From assembly GCA_964560135.1 (NCBI GenBank), contig CAZLKN010000001.1:30061-94060 (forward strand): a DNA stretch of 64,000 bases, written 5' to 3'. Below the pieces are notes generated by a model. That model was not told where the DNA came from. It did not search any database and saw nothing but the letters and a program-made list of their open reading frames with translations. This document shows, piece by piece, positions 44,597-53,143 of this stretch (positions within the stretch are counted from its first letter, which is position 1; every line of letters starts with the position of its first letter). Source of the DNA: an uncultured Actinomycetes bacterium (lineage in GTDB: Bacteria > Actinomycetota > JAICYB01). A program made the translations under genes and the position numbers.

Positions 44597-45505
44597 ATGA
44601 AGCTTGTGCGGTTTCGGGCCCCCGACGAGCGGGTGTGGGCGGGCACCATCGAGGACGATCACGTCACGGTGGTGCTGCCCGGCGACGGCAACGCCGGACG
44701 CGGGGCGCTGATCGACCTGGCGATGGCGCAGCGTCACCGGGAGGGCGCCGTCCTGAAGGACGGCCCGTCCTATGGTCTGGATGAGGTCAGGATCCTGTCG
44801 CCGGTGCCCGATCCCCCGTCGGTCCGCGACTTCTACGCCTTCGAGGAGCACGTGGCCACCGCCCGGCGGATGCGGGGCATGGAGATGGACCCCGACTGGT
44901 ACGAGCTGCCGGTCTTCTACTTCACCAATCCCCACGTGATCTACGGGGACGCCGACGAGGTCCCGGTGCCGCGGTCCAGCTCCGCGGTCGACTACGAGCT
45001 CGAGGTCGCCGCGGTGGTGGGCCGGGACGCCTCGGACGTGAGCGCCGAGGAGGCCGCCGAGATGATCGCCGGCTACACGATCTTCAACGACTTCTCGGCC
45101 CGCGATCTCCAGGTGCGCGAGATGGCCCAGAGTCTCGGCCCGGCCAAGGGCAAGGACTTCGCGAACGCCTTCGGCCCGGTGCTCGTGACCCCCGACGAGC
45201 TGCCCGGGGGCCCGGAGGGCCGGCCCCGCGGCACGATGACGGCGCGCGTGAACGGCACAGAGTACTCGCGGGGGGAACTCGGCGACTGCCACTGGAGCTT
45301 CGCGGACATGATCGCCTACGCCTCCCGCGACTCGCGGGTGCGCCGGGGTGATCTGATCGGCTCCGGGACCGTCGGGACGGGCTGCGTTCTGGAGCTCCAG
45401 GCCGTCCACGGTGCCGAGCGGTACCCGTGGCTGCAGCCGGGCGACACCGTGGAGCTCGAGGTGGACGGCATCGGCGTGCTCCGCAACACGCTCCGCGGCG
45501 GATAG
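44597..45505 (+). CDS. Fumarylacetoacetate hydrolase (FAH) family protein.
   Basis: The FAH-fold metal-site motifs are present (YELEVAAVVGRD, GYTIFNDFSARDLQ, GDLIGSGTVG). Confidence 0.75.
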   Translation: MKLVRFRAPDERVWAGTIEDDHVTVVLPGDGNAGRGALIDLAMAQRHREGAVLKDGPSYGLDEVRILSPVPDPPSVRDFYAFEEHVATARRMRGMEMDPDWYELPVFYFTNPHVIYGDADEVPVPRSSSAVDYELEVAAVVGRDASDVSAEEAAEMIAGYTIFNDFSARDLQVREMAQSLGPAKGKDFANAFGPVLVTPDELPGGPEGRPRGTMTARVNGTEYSRGELGDCHWSFADMIAYASRDSRVRRGDLIGSGTVGTGCVLELQAVHGAERYPWLQPGDTVELEVDGIGVLRNTLRGG

Positions 45506-45534
45506 CGCCGAGGGGCTGGTACCGTGGCGCCCCG

Positions 45535-46719
45535 ATGGCCGACCAGCGCATCCTGACGCCCTCGTTCCTCCGGCTCGCCGCCGCGACCGGGGCGTTCTTC
45601 ATCGGGTTCGCGATGCTGATCCCGATCCTGCCCCGGTATCTCGTGGCCACGGGCAAGAACGAGGTCCAGGTGGGGCTGCTGCTGGGCGCATTCTCCGTGA
45701 CGGCGCTGGTGTTGCGTCCGGTCGTCGGACGCGAGATCGACAGCCGCGGGCGGCGCGTGTTCCTCGTCATCGGACTGGGTGTCTCGGCGATCGCCTGCGC
45801 GGGCTACGTCCTCGCGGAGGGGTTCGTCGCGCTTCTGGCGCTGCGCCTGCTCCACGGGGCGGCCATCGCCTGCTTCTATCCGTCCGCGGCGTCGATCGCC
45901 GCCGACCTCGCGCCTCCGGCCCGGCGGGCCGAGGTGATGTCGTACTTCTCGATGTTTCTGTACGCCGGACTCGCCATCGGGCCGGTGATCGGCGAGTCGA
46001 TGGCGCCACCGAACCCCGATGTCGAGCCGTCGTACTTCACCGGCGCGCTCCTGCTCGCGGCGGGGATCTCGGTTGTCGGGTTCCTCGCCGGCACGCGGAT
46101 GCCCAGCGACCGTCTCACGCCCGAACCCGGCGCGCTCCGGGCGCCGCTCGTCAGCCGGGCCGCACTGTTCCCCGCGATGGTGCTGAGCCTCGCCGCCGTG
46201 GCGTGGGCGGCCACCGCCTACATCCCCTTGTACGCACAGGCCGCGGGGGCCGAGACGCGCCTGTTCTTCTTCGTGCTCGCCGCGACGGTCATCGTGCTGC
46301 GTGCCTTCGTCGGGAAGGCCGCCGACGTCTACGGGCGCTCGGCGGTGATCGTGCCTGGTCTGCTCCTCGCCGGAGCGGGGATGCTCGTGCTCACCTCGAC
46401 CCCGTCGGTGCGGGTCCTGGTGGTCACCGCGCTGGTGTTCGGGATTGGCTGGGGCGCGCTGTTCCCGGCACTGATGACGCTCGCGATCGACCGCGTGTCG
46501 CCCCGGGGCCGGGGCTCGGCCCTCGGCACCTTCACCGCCGCCTTCGACCTCGCCTTCGGCGGGGGCCAGGCGCTGCTCGGCGCGATCTGGGGGGCGGCGG
46601 GATTCCGGGTGCTGTTCATGGTGGCCGGAACGTTCTGTTTCCTGTCCTGCGCCACCTACGTGGCCGGCTACCGACGCTCCGCCGGACGCTGGCCCGCTCT
46701 TGATCATGCCGAGGGGTAG
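45535..46719 (+). CDS. MFS transporter.
   Basis: The protein has 12 predicted transmembrane segments and the MFS loop motif (GREIDSRGRRVFL). Confidence 0.8.
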   Translation: MADQRILTPSFLRLAAATGAFFIGFAMLIPILPRYLVATGKNEVQVGLLLGAFSVTALVLRPVVGREIDSRGRRVFLVIGLGVSAIACAGYVLAEGFVALLALRLLHGAAIACFYPSAASIAADLAPPARRAEVMSYFSMFLYAGLAIGPVIGESMAPPNPDVEPSYFTGALLLAAGISVVGFLAGTRMPSDRLTPEPGALRAPLVSRAALFPAMVLSLAAVAWAATAYIPLYAQAAGAETRLFFFVLAATVIVLRAFVGKAADVYGRSAVIVPGLLLAGAGMLVLTSTPSVRVLVVTALVFGIGWGALFPALMTLAIDRVSPRGRGSALGTFTAAFDLAFGGGQALLGAIWGAAGFRVLFMVAGTFCFLSCATYVAGYRRSAGRWPALDHAEG

Positions 46720-46759
46720 GGTGGAGGACGCCGACCCACCCGATGCGAAGGAGAGCCAG

Positions 46760-47269
46760 ATGGCGCTGCACGCGACGCTCGCGACCTCGATGGGGGACAT
46801 CCGTGTCCGGTTGCTGTCCGAGACCGCCCCGAAGACCGTGGAGAACTTCGTCGGTCTGGCCACCGGTCAGAGGACGTGGACCGACCCGAAGACCGGTGAG
46901 GAGCGGTCGGACTCCCTCTACAACGGGACGGTCTTCCACCGCGTGATCCCCGACTTCATGATCCAGGGAGGCGACCCGCTGGGGACCGGCACCGGCGGCC
47001 CCGGTTACCAGTTCGAAGACGAGGTGCAGGGTGGACCGTCCTTCGACAAGCCCGGCTACCTGGCGATGGCCAACGCGGGACCGAACACCAACGGCAGCCA
47101 GTTCTTCGTGACGGTGGCCGCGACGCCGTGGCTGGACGGAAAGCACACGATCTTCGGTGAGGTCGTGGACGGCCAGGATGTGGCCGACGCCATCTCGAAG
47201 ACCTCCGCCACGCGGGACCGTCCGGACACCGAAGTGGTCCTCAACGAGGTCCGCATCGAGGAGGGCTAG
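46760..47269 (+). CDS. Peptidyl-prolyl cis-trans isomerase, cyclophilin type.
   Basis: The sequence contains FHRVIPDFMIQGGDP and GYLAMANAGPNTNGSQFFVT. An AAGGAGAG RBS is present. Confidence 0.9.
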   Translation: MALHATLATSMGDIRVRLLSETAPKTVENFVGLATGQRTWTDPKTGEERSDSLYNGTVFHRVIPDFMIQGGDPLGTGTGGPGYQFEDEVQGGPSFDKPGYLAMANAGPNTNGSQFFVTVAATPWLDGKHTIFGEVVDGQDVADAISKTSATRDRPDTEVVLNEVRIEEG

Positions 47270-48210
47270 CGCGACGTGGCGGCCTCACGCATCTCGCGGT
47301 AGAGGCGCTCGGTATCCTCCCGCCGGCAGAGCTCGGTCCCCGGCGTCATGACCGCCGCGACTCCGGCGGCGACGCCGAACCGGACCGCCTCCACCAGGTC
47401 CTCGCCCCGGGCCAGGGCGAGAGCGGTGCCGCCGACCATCGAGTCGCCGGCGCCGATCCGGCTGCGCACCTCGGTGGACGGGGTCGGGAAGCGTTCGGAT
47501 CCGTCCGCGGTCACGAGCATCGCCCCCTCGGCCCCCAGGGAGACGACGATGGTCTGCGTCGGGGTGCCGGCGATCAGGGAGCGGGCGGCGTCCTCGGCCT
47601 CGCCGGAGGTCCGCAGCTCGCGTCCGCAGGCTTGGCCGAGCTCCCGGATGTTCGGCTTCACGAGGAACACCCCCGCCTGGATCGCGTGCTGCAGTGCCTC
47701 GCCGCTGGTGTCCACCACGAGTCGTCCGCCGCGGTCGTTGACCGTCGAGGCGAGGCGGGTGTGGAAGTCGTCCGGCGCGCCCGGCGGCAGGCTCCCGCTG
47801 GCCACCACGATCTCCGGCTCGGGAGCCAGTCCGGCCACCTCGTCGAGGCACGCCCGCCACTCCTGCTCGGACAGATGGGGGCCGGGCATCGTGAAGCGGA
47901 ACTGGTCCCCCGTCGATCGTTCGGCGACGTGGAAGCTCTCGTTGGTCGTCCCCGCGATCTCGATCGGGGCGGCCTCCACGCCCTCGGCGTCGAGCAGCTG
48001 GCGCAGGGCCCGGCCGGTCTGGCCCCCCGCCGTGTAGACGGCGACCGACGTGCCACCGAGCAGGGCGATCGCGCGGGAGGCGTTGATCCCGCCGCCGCCC
48101 GGTTCGTAGCGGGGACGGGAACACCGCAGCTTCTGGTTGGCGACGAGCTCGTCGGTCTCGGTGCTCATGTCGAGCGCCGGGTTCATCGTCAGGGTGGCGA
48201 TCCGCTTCAC
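47266..48210 (-). CDS. PfkB-family sugar kinase (1-phosphofructokinase / tagatose-6-P kinase type).
   Basis: The PfkB motifs are NPALDMS and the C-terminal GAGDSMVGG. GTG at 48210 follows a GAGAGGG RBS. The 3' end overlaps the ppi gene by 4 nt. Confidence 0.75.
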   Translation of the reverse strand: MKRIATLTMNPALDMSTETDELVANQKLRCSRPRYEPGGGGINASRAIALLGGTSVAVYTAGGQTGRALRQLLDAEGVEAAPIEIAGTTNESFHVAERSTGDQFRFTMPGPHLSEQEWRACLDEVAGLAPEPEIVVASGSLPPGAPDDFHTRLASTVNDRGGRLVVDTSGEALQHAIQAGVFLVKPNIRELGQACGRELRTSGEAEDAARSLIAGTPTQTIVVSLGAEGAMLVTADGSERFPTPSTEVRSRIGAGDSMVGGTALALARGEDLVEAVRFGVAAGVAAVMTPGTELCRREDTERLYREMREAATSR

Positions 48211-48284
48211 GTGCGCCCTCTCGGCTCGCGGACGGGTGACCCTGATAGGTTTCCCCTGATGGCCGGTCGAGCGCACATCCGGGC

Positions 48285-48647
48285 GTGGGGATGAGGTACT
48301 GGACCCCCGAGGAAGCCAACGAGGCGTTGGGGTGGGTCTCGGAGCGGGTCGAGCGTGTCCGGCGGACCTTCGAGGCCACCCAGGGACGGCTCCAGCGCAT
48401 CCGGGGCAACGGCGAGCGCACCGAAGAGGCGCAGCCCGGCTCGATCCGGGAGCCCGTCGAGGAGCTCGAACGCGAAGGCATCGTCGTCCGTGACCTCGCC
48501 CGCGGGTTGATCGACTTCCCGGCGCGGACGGCGTCCGGGCGCCCCTACTGGCTGTGCTGGGTGGCCGGGGAGAGCGAGGTTGCCTGGTGGCACTGGCCCG
48601 AGGAAGGCTTCGCCGGCCGCCGTCCCCTGAGCGATCCGCCCGTCTAG
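48285..48647 (+). CDS. DUF2203-family small protein.
   Basis: The 120-aa protein is MRYWTPEEANEALGWVSERVERV...WLCWVAGESEVAWWH. Confidence 0.5.
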   Translation: MGMRYWTPEEANEALGWVSERVERVRRTFEATQGRLQRIRGNGERTEEAQPGSIREPVEELEREGIVVRDLARGLIDFPARTASGRPYWLCWVAGESEVAWWHWPEEGFAGRRPLSDPPV

Positions 48648-50032
48648 ATCGGCGCGCCCGAGACCGTGAGCGGCCAGGGACGGATCCGTTCCGCGGCCAG
48701 GGCCACGTCCAGCAACAGCGGCTCGGCGTAGCGGCGTCCGTAGACCTGGAGGCCCACGGGCAGACCGTTGCCGGTGAGCCCGGCGGGGATGCTCACCGCC
48801 GGATACCCGGAGATGTTCCCCGGGATCGTGAGCGCCCCCGTCTCGAAGGGCGCGACGCCGACCCCTTCCACCTCCTGCGGCGGGGGACCGTCGGCGTCGA
48901 AGGCCTCGTAGGGGTTCGTGGCGCAGAAGACGAGGTCGACATCGGCGAAGATGTCGGCCATCGCCTCGTTGGTGTCCACGCGGAAGGATTCCGCCATCGC
49001 CGCGGCGGCGATCGTGTAGTGCTCGAAGAAGCCGCACCCGAACTGCACCGGCTCGGACATCTCCTCGGCCCGGTTCGGCCAGTGGTCACCGAAGGTCTCG
49101 TAGAGCTCCGGGAGTCCGGCGGCCCCCCAGGCGAGCAGGTTCGCCGGCAGCGCGACCTCACGCTTCACACGCGTGAGACGGAGCTCGGTGATCAGGTCCT
49201 CGGCCAGGTCGGTCACGATGCGCCGGACCTCGGAGGTGATCCTGGTGGTGCCGAGGTCGGGTGCAACCACCGCGTGCAGGCCGGCCAGGTCGTGGGATCC
49301 GAGACCCGCCTCCCAGCCGTCCACGCGTGGCAGGGAGAACGGGTCGCGCGGGTCGTAGCCGTTGCAGACGTCGAACCAGCGTGCGGTGTCCCGAACCGAC
49401 CGGGACACACAGCCGAGGCAGACGTTCAGGAAGCCGATGGGGCCCCGGGGGCCGAGCGGGATCCGTCCGAAGGTGGACTTGAGGCCGAGCAGCCCCGAGT
49501 ACCCGGCGGGGATGCGGATCGAGCCGCCCCCGTCGCCGGCCGTGGCGATCGGGACGAGGCCCGCGGCCACCGCCGCCGCTGAGCCGCCCGACGACCCGCC
49601 GGGGGTCCGCTCGAGGTCCCAGGGGTTGCGGGTCGTTCCGTTGAGCGGGGTGGAGGTCCAGTTCACGAAGCCGATCTCGCTGGAGGTGGTGAGCCCCACG
49701 GGCACGGCGCCGGCGTCCAGCAGCCGCTGTACGAAGGTGCTCGTGTAGGCGGCCTTGCGGTCGCGGTAGATGAGGGAGGCCTGCGTGTCCGGCCAGCTTT
49801 CCAGGTAGTCGAGCTCCTTGATCCCGATCGGGACGCCGCCCAGCGGCAGCGAGACGTCGGCGTCCGCAGCGGCCCGCCGGGCCCGGTCGGGATCAAGGAA
49901 GGCGAAGGCATTGACCCCGGAGCGCCCGATCGCATCCAGCGAGGCCTCGAGGGCCTCGAGGGGCGACAGCTCGGACGCGCGGAAGGCGTCGACGAGCGCG
50001 ACGGCGTCGGCGAGCCACGGTTCGGGAGCCAT
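48644..50032 (-). CDS. Amidase (amidase-signature family).
   Basis: The AS motif is GGSSGGSAAAVAAGLVPIATAGDGGGSIRIPA. Confidence 0.85.
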   Translation of the reverse strand: MAPEPWLADAVALVDAFRASELSPLEALEASLDAIGRSGVNAFAFLDPDRARRAAADADVSLPLGGVPIGIKELDYLESWPDTQASLIYRDRKAAYTSTFVQRLLDAGAVPVGLTTSSEIGFVNWTSTPLNGTTRNPWDLERTPGGSSGGSAAAVAAGLVPIATAGDGGGSIRIPAGYSGLLGLKSTFGRIPLGPRGPIGFLNVCLGCVSRSVRDTARWFDVCNGYDPRDPFSLPRVDGWEAGLGSHDLAGLHAVVAPDLGTTRITSEVRRIVTDLAEDLITELRLTRVKREVALPANLLAWGAAGLPELYETFGDHWPNRAEEMSEPVQFGCGFFEHYTIAAAAMAESFRVDTNEAMADIFADVDLVFCATNPYEAFDADGPPPQEVEGVGVAPFETGALTIPGNISGYPAVSIPAGLTGNGLPVGLQVYGRRYAEPLLLDVALAAERIRPWPLTVSGAPI

Positions 50033-50064
50033 TCCCGCGGATCGTACCCGACCGGCCCCGTAGG

Positions 50065-50664
50065 ATGACCGGTATGGAGTTCCGGGAGGTCGTGCGGCGG
50101 CGCAGGATGGTGCGCAACTTCGCCGACCGTCCGCTCCCCGACGGGGCTCTCGACCGCATCCTCGACGTCGGGCTGCGGGCCCCCTCGGCGGGGTTCACGC
50201 AGGGCTGGGCGTTCCTCGTGTGCGAGGGGGCCGACCAGACCCGGCGGTTCTGGGACGCGGTGTTCCCCGCCGAGCGGCGGGACGGGTTCCGGTGGCCGGG
50301 GCTGTTCCGAGCCCCCGCGATCGTCGTGCCGCTGTCCCACATGGACGCCTACCTCGATCGCTACGCGGAGCCCGACAAGGGCTGGACCGACCGCGATCCG
50401 GAACGCTGGCCGGTGCCCTACTGGCATGTCGACACCGGCTTCGCTGCGCTGCTGATGCTCCTCGCCGCCGTGGACGAGGGTCTGGGGGCGCTGTTCTTCG
50501 GGGTCTGGGACCAGGACGCCTTCAAGGCCGCCTTCGGCGTGCCCGAGGCCTACACCCCGATCGGTGCGATCGCCATCGGGCACCCGGCCCCCGACGAACC
50601 GTCGTCCTCGCTGCGGCGGGGCCGCCGCGGGATCGAGGACGTCGTCCACCGCGGCCGCTGGTGA
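50065..50664 (+). CDS. Nitroreductase family protein.
   Basis: The sequence RRMVRNF...RAPSAGFTQGW matches the nitroreductase fold motif. Confidence 0.75.
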   Translation: MTGMEFREVVRRRRMVRNFADRPLPDGALDRILDVGLRAPSAGFTQGWAFLVCEGADQTRRFWDAVFPAERRDGFRWPGLFRAPAIVVPLSHMDAYLDRYAEPDKGWTDRDPERWPVPYWHVDTGFAALLMLLAAVDEGLGALFFGVWDQDAFKAAFGVPEAYTPIGAIAIGHPAPDEPSSSLRRGRRGIEDVVHRGRW

Positions 50665-50674
50665 CGGCTACCCG

Positions 50675-50711
50675 TTGACCGTTACCTCGAGTAACTGTTA
50701 CCGTTGGTAAC
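50675..50711. promoter_or_regulatory. Putative TetR operator and promoter: a TTGACC -35-like hexamer followed by two tandem palindromes, GTTAC-N5-GTAAC and GTTACC-N3-GGTAAC, ending at the tetR start codon.
   Basis: The sequence is ttgaccGTTACctcgaGTAACtGTTACCgttGGTAACatg. The inverted repeats sit directly upstream of the TetR ATG at 50712. Confidence 0.55.
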
Positions 50712-51383
50712 ATGAAGGCGAGACGTGGACGCAGGCCCGATCCCGAACGTGCCGCGCGGCGAGCGCGCCGACGCGACGAGCTGCTGGACGCCGCCGCTGC
50801 GGTGATCCGCCGTGAGGGGCCCACGGCGTCGATGGACGCCCTGGCTGCCGAGGCCGGCGTCACCAAGCCCATCCTCTACCGCCACTTCGGCGACCGCGCG
50901 GGTCTGATCCGTGAGCTCGCCGACCGTTTCGGCGGGGAGCTGCGGGCCGAGCTGGCGGCAGCGCTCACCGCCGACGGCGGCCCGCAGGAGACCCTGGTTC
51001 GGGCGATCGACGGCTACGTCCGGTTCGTCGAGCGCAACCCGCAGATCTACCGCTTCCTCACCCAGCAGGCGCTGGCCGAGCATCCCGAGGAGACCGTGGG
51101 ACTGATCCGCGACGTCGGGCGGGAGGTCGCGCTCGTGATCGGGGAGCGGCTGCGCGAGGCGGGCGCCGACTCGGGGGCCGCGGAGCCCTGGGGCTACGGG
51201 ATGGTCGGCATGGTGCACCTCGCCACCGACCGGTGGCTGGCCGAACCGACGATGCCCCGGGAACGGCTCGTGGCCTATCTCGCCGACCTGCTGTGGGCCG
51301 GCATGCGCGGGATGGGTATACCCGACGCAGAGACGCAGACCGCCGGTGCGATCCCCATCGAGGGACGGAGGAAGGCCCGATGA
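50712..51383 (+). CDS. TetR/AcrR family transcriptional regulator.
   Basis: The HTH is LAAEAGVTKPILYRHFGDRAGL. The stop overlaps the next gene as ATGA. Confidence 0.85.
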   Translation: MKARRGRRPDPERAARRARRRDELLDAAAAVIRREGPTASMDALAAEAGVTKPILYRHFGDRAGLIRELADRFGGELRAELAAALTADGGPQETLVRAIDGYVRFVERNPQIYRFLTQQALAEHPEETVGLIRDVGREVALVIGERLREAGADSGAAEPWGYGMVGMVHLATDRWLAEPTMPRERLVAYLADLLWAGMRGMGIPDAETQTAGAIPIEGRRKAR

Positions 51384-53143
51384 CCACGATCCTGCTCGCA
51401 CACGGGGGCGGTAGCGGAGGCACGAGCCTGGCGAGCTGGCGCCCGTTGATCGCCCTGCTCGTGGTCTACGCCGGGATCGTCGTCGCTCTCACCGTGTTCG
51501 GACGGCACGGCGACCATCCATGGCGCCTCGGACGGTTCCTGCTCCGCATCCCCCATGGTCTCGAGCGGTTCACGGGGATCCCGGGGTGGGCTGCGGCGAC
51601 GGTGGGTACGGCGCTATTCGGCCTGCTGGTGGCGGGGATGGGCTTCTACACCGACGTCGCGTGGCACGTGGCTCTCGGCCGGGACGAGGAGCTGTTCACC
51701 GCGCCGCACGCCGCGATCGTCCTCGGACTCCTGCTGATCGCCGGTGCCGCGATGATCGGCGTGCTGTTCGCGACGTTGCAGCGCGTGCCGACCGGGGCGC
51801 GTATCGGGCCGGTGCGGGTGCCGTGGTCGGTCGTCCCCTTGGGGATCCTCGGTTTCTCGGCTCTCATGGGCTTCCCTCTCGACGAGGTCTGGCACGGGAT
51901 CTACGGCATCGACGTCACGATGTGGAGCCCGACCCACATGCTGATGATCCTCGGTGCCGCGCTGTCGCCACTGGCGGCGTGGCTCGTGCTCGCCGAGGCG
52001 GGCGTGTCCGCCCGGGGTGCCTGGGGGCGCGGGGTGCACGCCGTGACGGCGTGGCTCGTCCTCCAGGGGCTCGCGGCCCCGATGGGGGAGTTCGTGTTCG
52101 GTGTCCCGCAGTTCCAGCAGCTCTTCCACCCGCTGCTCACGATCCTGGCCGGGGGCTTCGCGCTCGTCGTCGTCCGGCTCGTGCTCGGCCGCGGCTGGGC
52201 TCTCGGGATCGCGGTGTTCACGTTCGTCTTCGACCTGGGAGGGATCCCGGGGATGCCCGACAGCCCGGTGAACATGCGCGCCGGCGGGTTCTACCTCGTC
52301 TCCGCGGCGGCCGTCGAGGCCGCCGGATGGCTGTTCGGCACGGACCGGCGGCTGCGGTTCGCGATCGCATCCGGACTCGGCGTGGGCACGCTCGGCATGG
52401 CCGGGGAGTTCTGGTGGAACGCCGGGGCCCACCAGCCGTGGACGACGGCACTCCTGCCCGACGCCGCGATCCTCGGACTCGTCGCGGCGGTCGCCGTGGC
52501 CGTCCTCGGTGCGGCCTACGGCGGATCGGTGGCGCTCCGTGGGGCGGGGATCCGGCCTGCCGCGATTGCGGTGGCCGTCCTCGTGGCGGTGGCTGCGATC
52601 CTGTGGCCCATGCCTCGGCGCGTCGGCGACGTGCACGCGGACCTGCGACTGACCGAGGCCGCACCGGGCGAGGTGACCGTTCACGTGACCCTCGATCCGC
52701 CGGACGCCGCCGCCGACGCGCGCTGGTTCCAGGTGATCGCCTGGCAGGGCGGCGACCTGCACGTGGCGGAGCTCCGTCCTCTGGGAGACGGGCGCTACGT
52801 GGCGACCGGACCGATGCCGGTCACCGGCTCCAGCAAGACGCTCGTCCGGTTGCAGCGCGGGGCCGAGCTGATGGCCGCCCCCGTGTATCTGCCGGCCGAC
52901 CCGGAGATCGACGCTCCCGAGATCCCCGCGGTGGACCGCTCGGTCGCGTTCGCCGGCGAGCAGCGCTTCCTGCTGCGCGAAACCCGGCCCGGCCCTCCCG
53001 CGTTCTCGATCGCCGTCCACGGCCTGCTGGCCCTGGCCTCGCTGGCCTGGGTGCTCTCGCTGGCGTGGGCCGCCTCCCGCGTCTACGCGGACGAGACCGT
53101 GAGCGTCGCGGTCCCCGCCGGGACCGTCACCTCCAGGCCCTGA
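51380..53143 (+). CDS. Polytopic integral membrane protein (587 aa) of unknown function, TetR-coupled.
   Basis: The protein has at least 10 hydrophobic segments (MTTILLAHGG...), then a C-terminal soluble region and a final transmembrane segment. The huge 51520-56460 ORF in another frame is rejected. Confidence 0.6.
   Translation: MTTILLAHGGGSGGTSLASWRPLIALLVVYAGIVVALTVFGRHGDHPWRLGRFLLRIPHGLERFTGIPGWAAATVGTALFGLLVAGMGFYTDVAWHVALGRDEELFTAPHAAIVLGLLLIAGAAMIGVLFATLQRVPTGARIGPVRVPWSVVPLGILGFSALMGFPLDEVWHGIYGIDVTMWSPTHMLMILGAALSPLAAWLVLAEAGVSARGAWGRGVHAVTAWLVLQGLAAPMGEFVFGVPQFQQLFHPLLTILAGGFALVVVRLVLGRGWALGIAVFTFVFDLGGIPGMPDSPVNMRAGGFYLVSAAAVEAAGWLFGTDRRLRFAIASGLGVGTLGMAGEFWWNAGAHQPWTTALLPDAAILGLVAAVAVAVLGAAYGGSVALRGAGIRPAAIAVAVLVAVAAILWPMPRRVGDVHADLRLTEAAPGEVTVHVTLDPPDAAADARWFQVIAWQGGDLHVAELRPLGDGRYVATGPMPVTGSSKTLVRLQRGAELMAAPVYLPADPEIDAPEIPAVDRSVAFAGEQRFLLRETRPGPPAFSIAVHGLLALASLAWVLSLAWAASRVYADETVSVAVPAGTVTSRP

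Noticed and set aside
43955-45409. 484-aa minus-strand ORF
   Set aside because: Only the 3'-terminal 182 codons (the Uma2 gene, 43955-44503) are genuine. The upstream part is antisense to the FAH gene.
45316-46863. 515-aa minus-strand ORF
   Set aside because: It is antisense to the MFS transporter gene and has a highly charged, repetitive composition.
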